Source of the DNA: Diadema antillarum
Lineage: Eukaryota
Length of the DNA: 64,000 nucleotides
NCBI RefSeq assembly: GCF_040938485.1
Contig: NW_027272628.1
Location: 1 to 64,000, forward strand
Reading direction: 5' to 3'
Below are positions 62,301-64,000 of this stretch, piece by piece. The notes under the pieces were generated by a model. It was not told the origin of the DNA. It saw only the letters and a list, made by a program, of their open reading frames with translations, and made no database searches. The first letter of the stretch is position 1. Each line of letters begins with the position of its first letter. A program made the translations under genes and the position numbers.

Positions 62301-64000
62301 CGATCTTGCTGGAATCTAGTCCAGTTGTGGTTAGACACATTCCATTCTGTGCTTTAATTCACCTTCAGGCATTGTTGATCATTGTACTTCAGTGTTTGTG
62401 TGAACACATGCGATCCTGTAGTAAACTTGCTGTAATATTAACTCTCGCCTCCTGTTTCATCAATCACACAGGGATGGAATCCATGGCAAACCGTTTCACC
62501 GTCATCTACACATCCATGAAGAAGAAGCCCTACGACCCACTAGACCAGAGAAAGGCAGAATTCGACTCCGACTACTCCGACTTCAAGCGCTCCGTCAATG
62601 ACCTTCTGGTAAGCGCCCAATCTTGCATGAGCTTGATGCTTGAAGATGCTAGTTATGTTAGCATCAAGAGGAGGTAAATGACAACAGTGAGATGATCAGA
62701 AAAGCTAAACTACTGATCATCAAATGAACAGTGGCTCTGACCTTATTAACTCCACTAGCTCTCTTTTGGTAAAAGAAAGTCTTACCTACTGTGAAAAAAC
62801 AGAACAACTTTGCGACATTATACAAGAGAGACATCAACTGCTAAACTACAGAATACCCAATGAAATGGAAAGGCAGCCTTAAAAAAAGATTATGATGGGA
62901 CATTGCTACTGTTTTGACATGCTTTTGTATATAGAACCTACTTTTAACTCTTTTTGTTTCCAGAGGAGGTTTGTATAATCATAGTGATGCCATAATTACA
63001 TTATGATTACATTTTCTGTTGATTGTCTTTGTTTTCTTTGTGACAGCTTTTTGTGTAAGATAGCATGTTATGGCCAAGGGTTTGAAGAAAATACACTATC
63101 ATCCTCACTGCCCTCCAATAAAATGCACTAGTAAAGATATTCAGGTAGATATTACACTCTCTTAGTGAGATTTTCAGACATAGCAGTTTGCTCTTCTTTT
63201 CATAACAGAGTCCTGCTTGTCAAGGTAAAAAAAATAAAAAAACAAAATCCAGAAACAAGAATATCATGAAAAATATGTGCATTGCATATTCCAGGCAGTA
63301 GTCTGGGTGATTTGGTATGCATGAAGTGCTTGGTCTATGGTGTGAGTGTGAAAGTGGACACCTTATCAACATTGCCCTATTTGCCTTTCTTCCGTCAAGG
63401 TTCAAATAAAGACTTTCATGGACAACATGCTGGACAAGATCTACAATGTTCCCAGAGCCTTGCAGACCATCCGCAAGTTTGAGAGGTGAGGATTCCACCA
63501 TTTCAGACTGTCACCTCAACTGTTGGGGAGCTGATAGTGAATTTCTAAGCCCTTTTGCATGATAAATTTGTCACTATAGACATGACTGAAAACTAACATG
63601 ATTTAAAATACATTTCTTGGTTGCCCATGTCTTGTTGTTACATACACCTTATTCAGTTTTGCTTTGATATGCTTTCATTATTTTGGCTGGATATTTATCT
63701 ATATTTATCTATTTATATATAGGAAGAAAAAACAAACAGCAACTGGAGTAAAACAATTTCCGAACTAGTTTTGGATCAGTTCATTAAAGTTTTCATGATG
63801 TTGTTCTTGACAGGCTTGACGTACCCAATCTGGGAATTCAAGAGAAGTATGCTCAAGTCCTGTCTCGCTTTGGCCGCGAGATCGAGAACACCTCAAAGAA
63901 CTACCAGCGCAACAAGAACGACCCCCCTATCGGGCGGGACCTGCCCCCAATGGCAGGCAAGATCACGTGGGCGCGGAACATGTTCCGCCGCATCCAGGAG
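44285..64000 (+). CDS. DNAH5: Axonemal dynein heavy chain, outer-arm gamma-type (DNAH5-like); N-terminal tail region, truncated by the window edge
   Basis: Exons 44285-44428 (putative first exon, less certain), 52849-52983, 54548-54629, 55527-55559 (possibly cassette), 57424-57581, 58366-58506, 59171-59386, 60002-60178, 60739-60852, 61369-61476, 61869-62178, 62472-62608, 63400-63485 and 63814 to the edge; phases are consistent. Peptides include [89 protein letters not shown] and [11 protein letters not shown]. As I recall the human proteins, these fit DNAH5 better than DNAH8. Confidence 0.93.
47900..48592. mobile_element. ~700-bp TIR element (possibly Sola1-like) in dynein intron 1
   Basis: Imperfect ~35-bp TIR GTGACCGTGCACCTCAAAATGAACATAAAGT / ACTTTTTGTTTGTTTTGAGGTGCAGGGTCAG, flanked by ATAT and GTAT (a decayed AWWT-type TSD is inferred). 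Confidence 0.5.
51895..51907 (+). promoter_or_regulatory. RFX X-box motif near the 3' end of dynein intron 1
   Basis: GTTGCCAGGTAAC fits the consensus GTNRCC-N(0-3)-RGYAAC. Function is not demonstrated. Confidence 0.4.
53172..53239. repeat. (AT)n microsatellite
   Basis: Visible directly in the sequence. Confidence 0.97.
54264..54420 (+). mobile_element. tRNA-derived SINE with a CORE-like segment
   Basis: B-box GGTTCAAATC at 54314-54323, followed by GTGTGCCTTCTAGGCAAGACACTT. Confidence 0.55.
54993..55207. mobile_element. Young TACTGTA-type MITE nested in the right TIR of an older MITE that starts at 54786
   Basis: Perfect 25-bp inverted ends TACTGTACGAGCTGAAATTTTCGCG / CGCGAAAATTTCAGCTCGTACAGTA, including the TA duplication. 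Confidence 0.8.
57008..57203. mobile_element. TACTGTA...TACAGTA-type MITE
   Basis: Inverted ends TACTGTAAA / TTTACAGTA. Related, more decayed copies lie near 46165-46330, 47420-47628 and 58782-59032. Confidence 0.6.

Overview
Eukaryotic, intron-rich, AT-rich animal DNA. The proteins and repeat types suggest a marine invertebrate deuterostome, probably an echinoderm (inference). Five protein-coding genes were rebuilt by hand, exon by exon, with consistent splice phases: VAP (minus strand, 5' part only), EXOSC7 (plus, complete), MED10 (minus, complete), CIAO2B/FAM96B (plus, complete) and the 5' part of an outer-arm axonemal dynein heavy chain (DNAH5-like, plus, running off the right edge). Almost all ORF-track entries are exon fragments or spurious. 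Introns and intergenic DNA carry many non-autonomous mobile elements (Helentron/DINE-1-like, Sola-like, piggyBac-like, Kolobok-like, hAT-like, Harbinger-like, Tc1/mariner-type MITEs, tRNA-derived SINEs) and microsatellites; there is one 228-N assembly gap. Most notable observations: (1) CIAO2B intron 1 is a minor-spliceosome AT-AC intron, with an in-frame GT-AG pair offset from its ends and a 2.1-kb transposon inside it. (2) That transposon has an inverted twin on the other side of MED10. (3) A repeat in EXOSC7 intron 4 carries seven RFX X-box palindromes spaced about 160 bp apart. (4) The dynein gene shows signs of alternative first exons and symmetric micro-exons. I found no clear evidence for a wholly new biological system.
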